Source: Lytechinus pictus (taxonomy: Eukaryota). Taken from it: DNA of 64,000 nt. Shown here one piece after another: positions 38,358 through 51,217 of the stretch (within the stretch, counting starts at the first letter, position 1; each line of letters opens with the position of its first letter). The position numbers were made by a program, and so were the translations under genes. Location: the NCBI RefSeq assembly GCF_037042905.1, contig NC_087259.1, positions 15,872,001-15,936,000 of the forward strand, given 5' to 3'. The notes under the pieces were generated by a model that searched no databases, had not been told where the DNA came from, and worked only from the letters and a program-made list of their open reading frames with translations.

Positions 38358-40496
38358 TACTACTACTAAAACTTACTTTCGCACACCGATGTGATTATGA
38401 TCATTAGGCTTTCCTACTCGAAACTGACGTCATCTTTTACCGCATGCAGATATAAAAGAATAATAATCCGTATACTCCATATAAACCAACATAAATGGCA
38501 CATGAAATCACTTCACGGAGGTCTATATTTAAGAATTAAGAATAGCTTTTTGAACATGGAGGTTTCCTTATGTTAAAACCGGAGGCAGAAGCATAGGTTC
38601 TAGTCTTACCTTTAACCTTCCAGTATTTACATTGTCTAGTATACATTGTGTACTCAGTTATTAATCATTAACCAGACTCAAGACACCTGCGTTCACATCA
38701 GAGCGGATTAATGCTTCAGAATGATTGATCAAACATGAAGTAATATTGAACGTGACATTACTGTTAATTACATATAATATACTAGCTACTCCGTAAACAA
38801 AATTATTTAGATATTACAAGCGAGTGTAGGGAGCGAGGAGAAATATGTAGGCCTACTACTATTCGTGGTAGTAGTCTCATTTCATAATCAATTTACATGT
38901 ACGGCCGATTCATACCAAAGACTTATAAAAATGGGACCTTCTGCCTTCCTGCTAGGCTATTGGCATTTAGATTGGAGAAGGGTAATGAAAACATATTATG
39001 CACGGTCCTCTGGTAGAGCATTTTCCTAACTGAGGTGGCTACCCTCGGTAAATAAAACGTTATTATTATTATTATTATTATCATTATTATCTTTTTTCGG
39101 TAGACCATGAGCTACTTAAAAATCACTTACACTCAGTCTTCAAACAAGCAAATTTGGTTTTTCCTTTATTTCCACCTCTGATCCTAAACTTCTTCATCAT
39201 TCTCTTTATCATGTCATTCAATAAAACTCTCTCTGTCAATAGAAAAGCTATATGCGATTAGAATATGATTGATAAAATAAGGTCGATAATCTATAAATTA
39301 CATTGTTCACAAGGGGTCCGGATCCCTTTGATGGGATGTTTATTATTTACATGTCATAATATATATGAATTCTTTGCAATTGCAACCGGGAAGGACACTG
39401 CAACGTGGTGAATCTATTGGAAATGCAAGTCAAATCAGAATGGACAGATTAGTATAGAGGTCATTGTCGAATGTTGGTGGACCAGTATTCGGACCGGACA
39501 AATAATGGCAAATATGTCGTTTTTCCACCGTCCAAGACGACACTGCTGTTTTGATTCACCTTTTTTGACAAAGACTGCTTTGTCATGAAAGGCTTTTGAC
39601 AATAGATTCTCTACGTTCCAGAAAGCGTTGTGGTTGAGAAAACTCCCCCTATGGCCTATTTGGTCGAAACGTTTATGGTTTCAAGTTTGGTTTATTTCTC
39701 CTCAAGAGATCAGATAAAATACATAAAACAGACAATGAATAGCAATGTACATCAAATAAGTTAAAGAAAATAAGGAGGGAAATGGCCAAAAAAGTGATTA
39801 GACCAACCCATTACAAAAAAAGAACTGAAACACAAAATCATGGTTACAGCCCCCCCCCCTCCCAAGAAAAAAAAAATAACCTACTCCAAAAACGAAACCG
39901 GATGGGATGGAAAGAGAGAGCCAGAAAGAAATCTATGAATTTGATAATAAAAGTGTTTTGTATTTTCTTTTTTACAACAGATACCGAAGGGTTAAATTGA
40001 ATATGAACGTTTATGGTGCTGTCGGTTTCGTTGATATGGCTAATGCAGAAAACCGATCTATTCCCGCCGGTGTCAAAGTCTATCTATGACAATCTCACTT
40101 TTATTTCTTTGTTCATGCATTTATTGATGAATACAAATACAAATTTACAAATCCAAAGAAACAAACACATAGCATACAATCACAACAGTGGTGTAATGAG
40201 CCCAAATTTTGAAGAGGCCAGATATGGCGTATCGGGCAAAATTTTTTGACATTTTTATTACAAAAATCTAATTTTGTGATAAATTTTGACATAATATTCA
40301 GAAAATAATATCATATTTCACCATTCTCTCTTTCCTTTACCCTTTTTTTTCCCTTGGTCGTGATTTTTTTTGGGGGGGAAGGGGGCAAGCGCCTCAAAGC
40401 TCCCCCATCTGTACGCTACTGGCATGTACGTATCATATGAATTCATGTACGTGTGAGTAAAAAAAATATTTTCTCTCGTAATACAATAACTTTCAG

Positions 40497-40620
40497 CAAT
40501 AATGATAATAATAATTATACTACTACTACAACAACAACAACTATACTACTACTATTATTACTACTACTACTACTACTACTAATACTAATACTAATACTGC
40601 TACTAATACTAATAATAATA
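40497..40620. repeat. (AAT)/(ACT)/(ACA) compound microsatellite
   Basis: Directly visible. Confidence 0.9.
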
Positions 40621-41227
40621 GCACAGATTTTGTATACAGCGCATATCACATTAGATGCAACCCTTAGATATAACGTCCCTATGCGCTTGCAAATTAAAGG
40701 ACTTGGGTATTATTACACTGGCTTTAGCACCGCAGTATTTATTTTTTTCGTGACACAATTCTATTAAGCAATGATTATCTTACACAGTCAGTTTTCAATT
40801 CTATTTTTTAAATACTTTTTTGGATAAAATTGAACATAATTTCTAATCATAAAATACAAAAAGAAAAATGGGGATATCACATCATCAGCTTGCTCATTGC
40901 ATAATGACGATATGCATATAACTATAATCTCTGTCTGTTCATATTACATAATCTTCAGCCCGGACTAACCCCTTTAATAAAGTATTGTTAAATTCTTGGC
41001 CCTGATGCTAGGGAGTTGCACCGACATTGACTTTACTCAATGTTGATTAATATATAAGTGTTATAGCCATTAATTGGGGTTGTTGTTGGTAATGGTGGTT
41101 TTTCTGATTGCCAAGAAAGCGTGGATACTTCTCAGTATTAATATCGACTAGAGGACCAACTGCTTCAAAACATCTCCAAGGGACTCAAGAAGATGAATGC
41201 CCTCGTGCACTGATTTGGCCTCAAACC

Positions 41228-41424
41228 CGGTGGGTGTTTCACAAAGCCGTTCGAAAGTTACGAGCCACTTTACGAACGCCGACTGCTGATCCTTTTTTGT
41301 GGTAACTGATCAACACCAGATTTTTATTGGTGTTGATGTATTTTTTTACATATATATTTTTTTAGAAAGGATCACCAGTCGTTCGTTAAGTCGCTCGTAA
41401 CTTACGAACAGCTTTAGGAAACAC
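41228..41424. mobile_element. Palindromic MITE just downstream of the lyase stop codon
   Basis: gtgtttcacaaagccgttcgaaagttacgagc / gctcgtaacttacgaacagctttaggaaacac. A related degenerate copy lies at about 3770-3930. Confidence 0.7.
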
Positions 41425-41532
41425 TGTCCACGTCGAGAGACCACTTCTCTACAAGAGTGATCACACACAAAAAAATTCCACTAAAAGTAACGAACATGAC
41501 ATCTATATATCAAGAATCTATATATCAAGAAT

Positions 41533-44500
41533 CTATATATCAAGAATATCACTAATTGCATCACGCAGTGCGTGATATTCCTCTTTGTAGTTATATACTT
41601 GAGCGCTGATACGTAGGTATGTGTTTTTGCCATCGCCGGTTATAGCAATAACAATGCCATGCTGTTTCAAAACCTCATAAGCCAGTTCTCGATGGGTCTT
41701 AAAAGTTAATAGTTTCTTAGTTTGCGGGAGAACAATGAGCCGCATGAAGGGCGCCCTCAGGTTTTCCTCGAGTTCAATCCAGGTTGTGCCCCAAGCTTTG
41801 GACAACATTTCAGCTGCCCATTGGACAAGCTCAGAATTGTAGGCCGTCACCCGTTCCTAATGTAGATGAGGATGAAATGGGATAGAAAGAAAATGATTAA
41901 TGAGGTCAAAGGGAAGAGAGAGTTGGCTGGGATCACATTCTAAAAAATGAAATGTTAAATCAAGATTTGAAAGGTTGGAGTTGGAGGATTAATGCTATAT
42001 CAATTTTTGCATAAAGCTGAATCCAACAATTTAAGTGTCGGGTCGAACAATTTAATGTGGTAAAGGCAAGATTAAGAAAAGGTTGTCACTCTTATCTGAT
42101 TTAGATTTTCGTTTTTAGAGTGGAGATTTAGAGGAGAGATTAAAAAAAAGAAGAAGAGAGGGAGGTGCCGGGAGATAAGAAGAAGAAGTAGTAGAAGAAG
42201 AAGAAGAAGGAGGAGAAGAGGAGGAAGAAGAAGATCGGAGAAAAGGATCGAAAAAGAAGAAGTTCGAAGAAGAAGATCGAAGAAGAAGAAGTAGAAGAAG
42301 AGGTAGAAGATGAAAATCGAAGAAGTTTAAAGAAGAAGATCAAGGAAGAAGAATAAAGATGTTATAAAAAAAAATTCTTCTTTTTTAATATCATATTTTG
42401 CCATTCTCAGATACATATATTATGTTCATTCTAAAAACTTTGATAATTTGACTACATGGCGAGATCAAATGTGTTCGTTTTTGTACCCCAATAAACCATT
42501 TTGAATTTTCATGAAATTACTAAAACAAGAGTTCTAATATCGACTAAAAACACAATTAAAAAGTGAACTTACCAAGCCGCCAAGGTAATTCAGGAAGTTG
42601 ATGCAATGTTTAACAGTGTAGTAAGGGATCGAATCCCTGGTTCCGTTGTCCTGGAAGCGTTCTTGAAGATTCTCCTCTAGCGTGTTGTAAGAGGAGACAG
42701 GGGTCCGGATCCAACGCTGATGTTTGGGATGGACGTAGAGCAAGGCACATCCGCGAGGTGAAAAAAGCCATTTGTGCAGGTTGCCTGGGAAAGTTAAGTC
42801 GGAATGCCAACATTTACAATTGATTGCATAGACAACAATGTACAATTAATCGCGAAAATCAAGCAGCAAGATCAATCGCTAATTTTTGTGTAGACCCAGG
42901 TGACCGTATCTCGTATATCATCATGTCTACATCTTTTTGAAGAGACGATCAGATGACAAGATCTTGGATCCGGAATCTCATCATCTAATCATCTCTTTTA
43001 AAAGATTTAGACATGATGAGATCCAAGTCTTGGTCGTCTGATCATCTCTTATTCAGGGTGTAGGCATGACAAGATCTGATCTTTCGTCATCTGACCATCT
43101 CTTCTAAATGATGAAGACATAACGAGACCACATGTCATCTGATCATCTCTTCTAAGGATGAAGACCCGATATCTTGTCATTTGGGGAGCATTTCATCAAC
43201 ATTTTTGTCCGACAAGCTGTCAGCTCTGTTACTAGGGTAATTGTCGGATAAAACAAATCCTTTCATAATCGCTCCCCAGACAATCTCTTCTAAAAGTGGT
43301 AGACATGACGAGATCCGTGAACTTATCACCTCGTCTTCTATAAAGAATGATGAGATCAAAGATAATCTGATCATCTCTTCTAATTGATGAACTTTAAGAC
43401 ATACGAGATCAGAGGTCCGTAACACAAAGGTTTGCGATTAATCGCTAATTTGAAAGAACAATTCTGATTGGTTCCTAGTCAGTATACTGAGCAAAATGTG
43501 CACAAAACGATAGTCTTGATAGTCTTAACGGGACCAATCTCCAAAGGGATGTCTTCATGATGAGATCAAAGATCTCGTCATCTGATCTTTCGCTCAGATG
43601 TCGACGTCCCAAGACAATTTTAGGGTCTATCTTAACATTTGGGGCCCGCGCCGTAGAACGTTTTTCTACGATTGATTACATTGACTACAATGTACAACTA
43701 ATCGTAAAAAAGCGTACGGTTAATCGCTAACATTTGTGTTACAGGACCCCTGTGGCACTTTTCAGCTTCCATGACGTACCGTAGTAAAAGTCAGCCCCGA
43801 TGTCTTCTAACCGAAGCGGGATCTGTCCTGGCGCATGCGCACCATCGATTGCAACTATCACTCCATGGCTGTGGCACAGGTCAACCAGTTCCTTGATCGG
43901 CATCACAATCGCTGAGAAAGATGTGATGTGGTCAATCATAGCTACCTTGATACCGGGGTTCTCATCGAGGGCACGGGAATAGAGTTCGATGATCTCCTTG
44001 GCTGTCGTCTGCACTGGAATCTTGATAGGCACAATGCTGATATCTGACATGGGAAGCGTTTCATGAAGTGTCTTTTCAGTGGTATTCAAAGATAGAAGTT
44101 TCTATCGGCCAATCGGATACAAGGATGTCACTTATTATTAAGGAGATATCACTGATAAGATGCTTCATGAAACTGGGTCCAAATGGAATTGTGACAGAAT
44201 TATTGAAATATGACATCCCACTTTTCTCGTTGAACGGTCAAAAGAATAAGAAATGAGGCTTTGCGAAAAGGTCTTTCTCATCAAACTTCCCCGATTCCAA
44301 CATGTCTATAAAAGTAATATAAAAACAATATAATTTCGCAAAGCATATGTTATACCTTAAGTCTTCAAAGCACAGCTATTCCCTTTTTTGAAATTTACTG
44401 AGATTAATTAGAAGGTAATCAAATTATGATGGAAATATAACTATTTTTTACTTCTTACTCTTGACTTTCCTATTTTTAGGATTCTGAATGAAATCATATC

Positions 44501-46750
44501 GTGTGAAGCGAGGGAAGGGTTGGCACTTATTCCCACATTATGGAAAAATCATATATGACTATACCTCGGCCAAGTTGATTGAGAGTGGTAACCCAGTAGT
44601 CCAGTGTCGTCAACACAGCCCTAAATGTATGATTCGTCACTAAGATCTGGTCACCAGCTCTGAACCTGAAAGATTTTACGATGGCGTTTGTTGCTGACAA
44701 AATGACATAAAAACAGACTAAAATTAAGTACGAGAAAATCGGTTTCTTTTAGTAGCAATCAGGTCACTTTAAATGAATTCGCGTTATATTTTGTTTAAAG
44801 AACGAATATATCTTGCGTTTGATCAGTGTTTTAAAATTATTGTATGTCATTTCTGGGGCGGCGCCAGGGTATTTTGAGCAGGCGGGGCATTTTTACCATT
44901 CTTCATTAGGGGTACGACATACCTGTCTTCTCTTGTGTCTTTCTAGTTTCTATATTTATTTTCTTCTCCCCCTATTCACACTGAAAGTGGTCGCCTTATC
45001 TCTTCATGTAGCGCGACGCCTGGGCCACTTTAATTTTAACTTCTTTTTATGAACACATTGAGAACAAACAAAATGTTTTCTTATTTAGATTTTGCCAAGG
45101 TATAACAAAATAAATTCAACTGTTCGTCAACGAAGAACAGTGAACATTTCCTCAAGAATGTCGATAAGGACTTGAACAGGCGTAGGCTAACACACCTAAT
45201 CATGGAAGCTTGAAATTGCCTCCGAGATGTTCGGATAATCTTCTCGTCATGTCTGCATCTTGTAAAAGGAATGATCAGATTGTCGGATCCAGGATTTTCC
45301 AAGGTTGGCTTGTTGTTCAGAAAGTTTGACACGGAAACAGGGAATCTTCACTTGCATAAGCCCGATATTTTCCACTATAAATATTTCTAAATGGCTCTCA
45401 AAGGGAGGGAGGCATGGGCTGGATGTGCCCCGCCTAAATCCGCCAGCGGTGTATATAGGCATACCCCCAAAATTTATCTTATTTTGTAGATTTTCTCTCT
45501 CAAATGGTTTTGTAGATTTTCACTCTCACGTGGTGCTGTGCACCAAAGAAACAAATAATTACGGGATGCTTCAGCAAGTCGAGTCTCTGGCCCTGTCTTG
45601 GGTGCCATCATATCGGTCTCGGTCTCTGATTCAACCGAGACTGTCTCAGACCCATTATTCTCAAATACTTACCAGTTGTAATATTTTCAACCAATACCAG
45701 GTTTTCAGGTTTTGCTCCCACGAACTCTGCAACATTCTTGACGGCATCTTTGTACATAGCTGGACTGAGATAACGGTACCACATTTCAGGATTGGTCTCT
45801 CGTTCATCCATCAGTCTGGAATTAAGACAAGGTTCAATATTCATGAATTTTTTTAACGGGACATCCTAAGCCTATGCACATTTTGTAATCTTGAAGAGCC
45901 TGGGGTGGGTGTCTTCTTCCTAAATAAATGATGCGGGTTGATTTCATTTTTTAATTCCAATCTTAGAACTGGATATTTCAAGCACGTTTTTTTATATAAA
46001 GAAAGTGCTGTTTATTAAAATGAACAATTATACGAGCGCGAAGTGCGAGTTTATTTTTTAAAGGTATAAATGACCCAAACTGGAAACTTTTAAACACTAA
46101 TTAACACGGAGGAAAATTGCGGACTGGATTGGGATCTCACTAAAATTATGCAAGCGCGACGCGTGATTTGAAATATTTTAGCTATATCTTTGTATTCAGC
46201 ATTTTTTTGCAATGAACAGGATGCGTATCTCGCTAAAACAAAATAATAAAAACTCGAATCACGAATAAAATAATTTGTGCATATTGATTTGAAATTGGGG
46301 TATTAGCCTCATTTTTCCTCTTGAAAAGATCATTATCTCCCTCAACAGGTAATGCCAGCGCAAAGCGCTAGCAATTTTTTTACATGACCTGAATTTGTAT
46401 CTATTTTTTCTACTGAAAAGTCAATGACCTCCATATTCTTGAGCAATCCCTGTGTCATATGGTACCACAAACCTTTTTTGCTTACGGAGAACTCTCTGCG
46501 GGACGCAGCCATACGCGCCATTATTCACTGTATGTGTACCAGCGGGGAAGGAATATTCTCGAGCTCGCAGGCTTTCTCCAAATTCCGGCAAAGCACCGCT
46601 GCCATGGACGGCATCATCGACCTTCTCCTGCTCATCTGGCGTCGTCCACCATGATACCCATGACGCAACTCGTCTCAAGATCTCATAGATGCATATGGAT
46701 CCAGAGGCCATGATGACAGCTTGGCTTAAGGTCAGGTTCCTCTCAGGCAT
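41533..46750 (-). CDS. PLP-dependent class-V C-S lyase (hercynylcysteine sulfoxide lyase Egt2 / L-cysteine desulfhydrase / isopenicillin N epimerase-like), about 449 aa
   Basis: Six phase-compatible GT-AG exons: 46750-46473, 45815-45673, 44693-44565, 44043-43780, 42784-42573 and 41856-41533. Family motifs: NNGAYG (canonical NHGS[FY]G), VENITTA, DHITS, IDGAHAPGQ, GNLHKW (PLP lysine), GTRD, YLRISAQVYN. Confidence 0.9.
42905..43620. repeat. Degenerate tandem repeat (gatcatctct...agacatgatgagatc) in lyase intron 4
   Basis: Recurrent tctgatcatctct and gacatga.gagatc motifs. Confidence 0.65.
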
Positions 46751-47207
46751 GCTCGAATTCAAATATTTGAAGATAATTGAAAGTAAATCAAATCTTCATT
46801 ATTCAACTTCGCATGCACATTTTCTAATTTGCATGTCACTGAATTGTGCATAGAACTGTTTTGTGAAAAATAAGCGAAATTAAAAATGCCATAACTTTCT
46901 TATTTTGTATCCGATTTTGATGAAATTGTTAGTGTTATGCTTGTTTGATTTTTCTCTATTGATTCAAGTCAACATTTTCTGGGATGGACTTGACCACATT
47001 CTTATGTTGAGTGTTAAAACGCATTATCATTATTATCATTATTATTTTAGATTACATTTACGTTGTTCGTAAGAACGCTTCACAACCGGAGATACGCTCG
47101 GCGCATTCTTGAACGACTTCTTTATTAAATTTGAAAATAATGACCGTTGGGTGACCGTTGCCCGTCATCACTCCCGATTACCATGATCATTAAAAAACAA
47201 TAATATC

Positions 47208-47542
47208 AGGAAGGAGAAGAAGAAGGAGGAGGAGACAGAGGAGGAGGAGGAGATGAAGAATAATAAGAAGGAGAAGAAGAAGAAGAAGAAGAAAAAAAAA
47301 GAAGAAGCCAAAGAAGAAGAAGACGGGGAGGAAGAGGAAGAATTAGGAGGAGGATCGAGGCAGAAGAAGATGAAGAAGAAGCAGAAAAAGAAGAAGGAGG
47401 AGGAGAAGAAGAAGAAGAAGAAGAAGAAAAAGAAGAAAAAGAAGCAGAATAAGAAGACGAAGAGAAAGAGGAGAGGAAGAAGAATAGGAGGAATAGGAGG
47501 AGGAGGAAGAAGAAGATGATGATGATGAAGAAGAAGAAGAAG
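47208..47542. repeat. (GAA/GGA)n compound microsatellite
   Basis: Directly visible; a similar tract lies at 42140-42355. Confidence 0.9.
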
Positions 47543-47956
47543 AGCACCACCTATTCTAGTCATATATGGTTAGATAAACTGTTTGTGAATCAAATTTCCA
47601 TTTTAACAAAGTAAAACAGACTGAGACAGATGGAAAATCAGACCAACTAAGCATTATACTTGTATAAGACCTAGCGTAGTGTTAGACGAAACGGCAATTA
47701 GACCCAAATCGCTGGGCTATTACTGGAAGCATGGACTAGCTATTACAGTGTATTAGAGATGGACAACGCTATAATTTCTTTGATCGAAAATGTAGTAGGT
47801 CCATGATCGAACGAATTCCGCCGCCTAGTGATAATCTTATAATCTTGAAAAGAACATTCAGATCAGGCGTATTCTGATCATTCACAAAGGCACAGCTTTC
47901 CTGGTTTTGATTTGTTGGCTGATATGCCCTGTGTTAGAAAATGCTTTTCAAACATG

Positions 47957-48413
47957 CCCGGGGGGGGGGGGGGCAGTCAAATATTTAGCTGTACACACGC
48001 GTGATAAAACGCGTTTAAATGGGTGTTTTTTTTCTTCAGTTTTGGACGCGGTCCGCGCGTGCACTCGTTAAGGGTATAAAAAACACAGATTTTCAAGAAA
48101 AAGGGTGGTTTTGAAAGACTGGTCAATGGTCAATCGCGGGGTCAAACGTATTTAGGGTATGTTTTTTTTCTCCAAAGCTTTTTTTAAGACTAGCCAAACG
48201 TGTTTAGGGTATTTTTTTCCCCAAGCTTTTTCCCCGAGGTCATATTTTGGCGACATCTTGTTCAGGGGCCAAAATGTTTAAATAAAGCCCGCGAAAAACT
48301 TGTTTAGGGGGTTATTTTGCACACAGAGAAAAACTCGTTTAGGGGGTGTTTGGAAATTTCTTGGTCACGCGTGTGTGTACAGCAATATATTTGACTGCCC
48401 CCCCCCCCCCGGG
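47957..48413. mobile_element. Non-autonomous DNA transposon with G-run TIRs
   Basis: cccggg(g)n-cagtcaaatat / atatttgactg-(c)n-ggg, flanked by direct repeat aaacatg(c). A second partial copy lies at about 62910-63278. Confidence 0.82.
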
Positions 48414-48544
48414 AAACATGCTTTAGATTTGAAGCGGCAAAATTGAGAAGCAGACGATTTTGTGATATAAAATGTGTTATCATTACTGATCTGCACGCAC
48501 ATAATAACCTCAATAACATGAAGAGATGATCGCTCTCTACACGA

Positions 48545-49615
48545 TATGAGCCATGTAAACTTCCTCAAATTAAATGTTTCTAAAACTGAATTAACTGTAC
48601 TATGTCGGAAAACCAATTAAATGAAAATCTATCCAACGTAAAACTCAATGTATGTGATAATGAAATTGCACTATCCTCTAAAGTTAAGAATCTTGGCATA
48701 TGTATTGACTCGTGCTTTACACTCTCATCTCATGTCAGTAATACTGTACGTACCTGTAATCTGTGGCGCATTAGAAGATTCATCAATGAAAAAACTTGCC
48801 ATCATGCAGTTAGGGCACTTATACTTTCTCGACTTGACTATTCTAATAGTCTCTTTTCAGTTCTTTGTGTTAAAGATCAGAAAAAACTTCAGTGTTCAAA
48901 ATCGTGCCGCACGTTTAGTGTTTTCAGTTGGTCGCAATGTACATACGTCTCCTTTGATTAGGGAACTCCATTGGCTCCCTTTTTCTTAACGTGTCATGTT
49001 CAAACTTTGTCTGTACATGGGCTGTACATTTATAAATTGGTTAACAGTACCGGTCCTTCATATCTTGTAAACACAACTGCTCATTACACACCTGCTCGTA
49101 ATCTACGTTCCCTGAATGATACCACCAAACTTGTTATTCCGAGAACAAACCTCTCCATAGCAGAAAAAATGTTTTAGTATAGCTGGATCTAGACTTTGAA
49201 ATACACTCCCCTCTATACCATCCGAACAACACGTACCGACCATATCATCTTTCAAACGACAACTCAAGTCATATCTTTGTATTTGTTTTGATGATTTTTG
49301 CTATCACTGTTTGGTTTGACTTGGCTAACCCATCTGGGGCCTGGTGGCCTCAAGTGCTATACTAGAGCTTCTGTGAATGATGTGCTGACCGGGCTTGTCC
49401 CTTAAATTGTTGGTGAACGAAGCAGCAAGCAAAGGGCCACCAGGCCTCATCTGGCGTAGTTGAGAACACCTGTAGCTGATGCAATTTAATGTATACAATT
49501 CTATACTTTTTTGTGACTTAAGATTTATATTTTATTTCTGACAATTGTAAGCGCTGTGATACTTTTTGTGTATAGCGCATATAAATAACCCATATTATCA
49601 TTATTATTATTATTA
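48545..49615 (+). mobile_element. 5'-truncated, frameshifted L2/CR1-type LINE (RT C-terminal region and 3' tail)
   Basis: VKNLGICIDS..., LWRIRRFI...ALILSRLDYSNSLF, then in another frame VQNRAARLVF...SPLIRELHWLP; (att)n tail at about 49593-49615. Confidence 0.88.
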
Positions 49616-51097
49616 TGTATCTTTGAGGAAAATTGGAAACATGGGATTACATATGTATGCATACATTTTCGCAAGTAAAACACATGGAACTATAGGTAAA
49701 CCAGAACTGCACATCGATTATCAGCTTCTGCTCTTATTTGTGCAATATCAATTTCTATAGTCACGAACCGCGCCTTTTAACTCCTGGCCTAATTTGACGG
49801 CGGAACCGGGGGCGGAACACGATGAAAGTAAACAATAATTATGAAGCGAATGTTATTCAGATCCCATTGACGGTCACATGTTAGTAAATTCATTAATTAT
49901 TCGATGAGTGTCCATGTGTAATACATAAATTATGTAGGTCCATATGCTGGACCCCAAGATTGGAGACGGTGGATATACATTGTCTCCGATCTTCAGTCCA
50001 GACTTGATCAAGAAGCACGGAGGTACAGCTAGACCACTAGCGGTTCCAAGCGGGGGGGGGGGGGGGGTGGCACAGCTGGCCCGTGCCCCCCCTTTGAGAA
50101 GCCAAATTAAAATTTGTAATGTAAAAATGGCATTAAAAGAGACGTGTGCCCCCCTTTTGATCGTGAAGACCTTTTTTCTTCTTTTTTTTTGCTTGTCAAA
50201 TTTCTCTTCGGAAAAATTTGCCCCGGCCCCCCCCCCTTTGGAAAATCCTGGATCCGGCGCCCCCGGTACAGACCGTGCACAGGCAGCAAACTTTGCGACT
50301 GATCAATTCGCTTGAGAGACGAAGCTACAGGAGTGGACGAAAGTTGCATGGCGCCCCCATAAATAAAAAAGTTTATGTTAGCAAATTCATTAACTATTCG
50401 ATGAGTATATCCACCTGTAATAGGTCCATGCTGGAATAATAACAAAACTACAGTGTGTGTGTCACGGTGTGTTCACAGTGTGGAACACAATGTGAAATCA
50501 CCTTCACACTTAAATCTGAGCATTTCAACCGTGAATCATAGTCGCGAACATGCTGTGAACAGTCACACTGTCGAGCTATAGTGTCCAGTGTGAAATTATA
50601 TTTACACTTTTGAATTCGCGAGCATGTTAACAGTACGTAAATAATATTTCACACAGGCCTATATAGCTAGTCCATTATGTGAACACACTGTGATCACTTG
50701 TGTGACCATGTGTCATTTCCAGCAGCCTTATGTGTATTAGACTATCCTGCATGATAAGGAGACCAAATCATTGAAGACTCAAGTAAATTTAAACCACATA
50801 CTTCACCAAAAATGTGTCCAATTCCAGCAATGGTGTCGATCCGCAACAATTGTTCTATATACGCCCATATGCATGAATTCCAGCATAGTTTATAAATCTG
50901 CAACCCAACAAGAGAATCAAGTAAAGCATACCCGAAGTCAAATCATGACCCGACTCTCGTCGACCTGCATACGTACCAAGCCTAAACAATAAGTTTTTAT
51001 GGGTAAATGCACAATACCTTGCTCGGGACCTTGCTCGCCTACACGATTTCAGACGTGAGGGAACAGGAAACAAAGAACCCACCATTATTCTTAAAGG

Positions 51098-51217
51098 CAG
51101 TGGCGGATCCAGTGAGGACTTTTTTTTTCTTTTTGCTTGTCAAACCCCCCTTTTTTTCCTTGTCAAATTCTCATCGGCAGAATGTGCCCCCTTTTGAAAA
51201 TCCTGGATCCGCCCCTG
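51098..51217. mobile_element. Short hAT-like MITE
   Basis: TIR cagtggcggatccag / ctggatccgcccctg with exact 8-bp TSD cttaaagg. Confidence 0.85.

Noticed and set aside
1253-46750. SAM carriers plus C-S lyase as an ovothiol/ergothioneine biosynthetic gene cluster
   Set aside because: No OvoA/Egt1 sulfoxide synthase in the window, the genes are 35 kb apart with unrelated genes between them, and the carriers are mitochondrial. Proximity is most simply chance unless synteny is shown.
41533-46750. Bacterial or fungal contamination as the source of the Egt2-like gene
   Set aside because: It has five canonical spliceosomal introns filled with host-type repeats and is contiguous with animal genes.
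47168-47563. Poly-K/E and poly-F/S ORFs
   Set aside because: Translations of a (GAA)n microsatellite.
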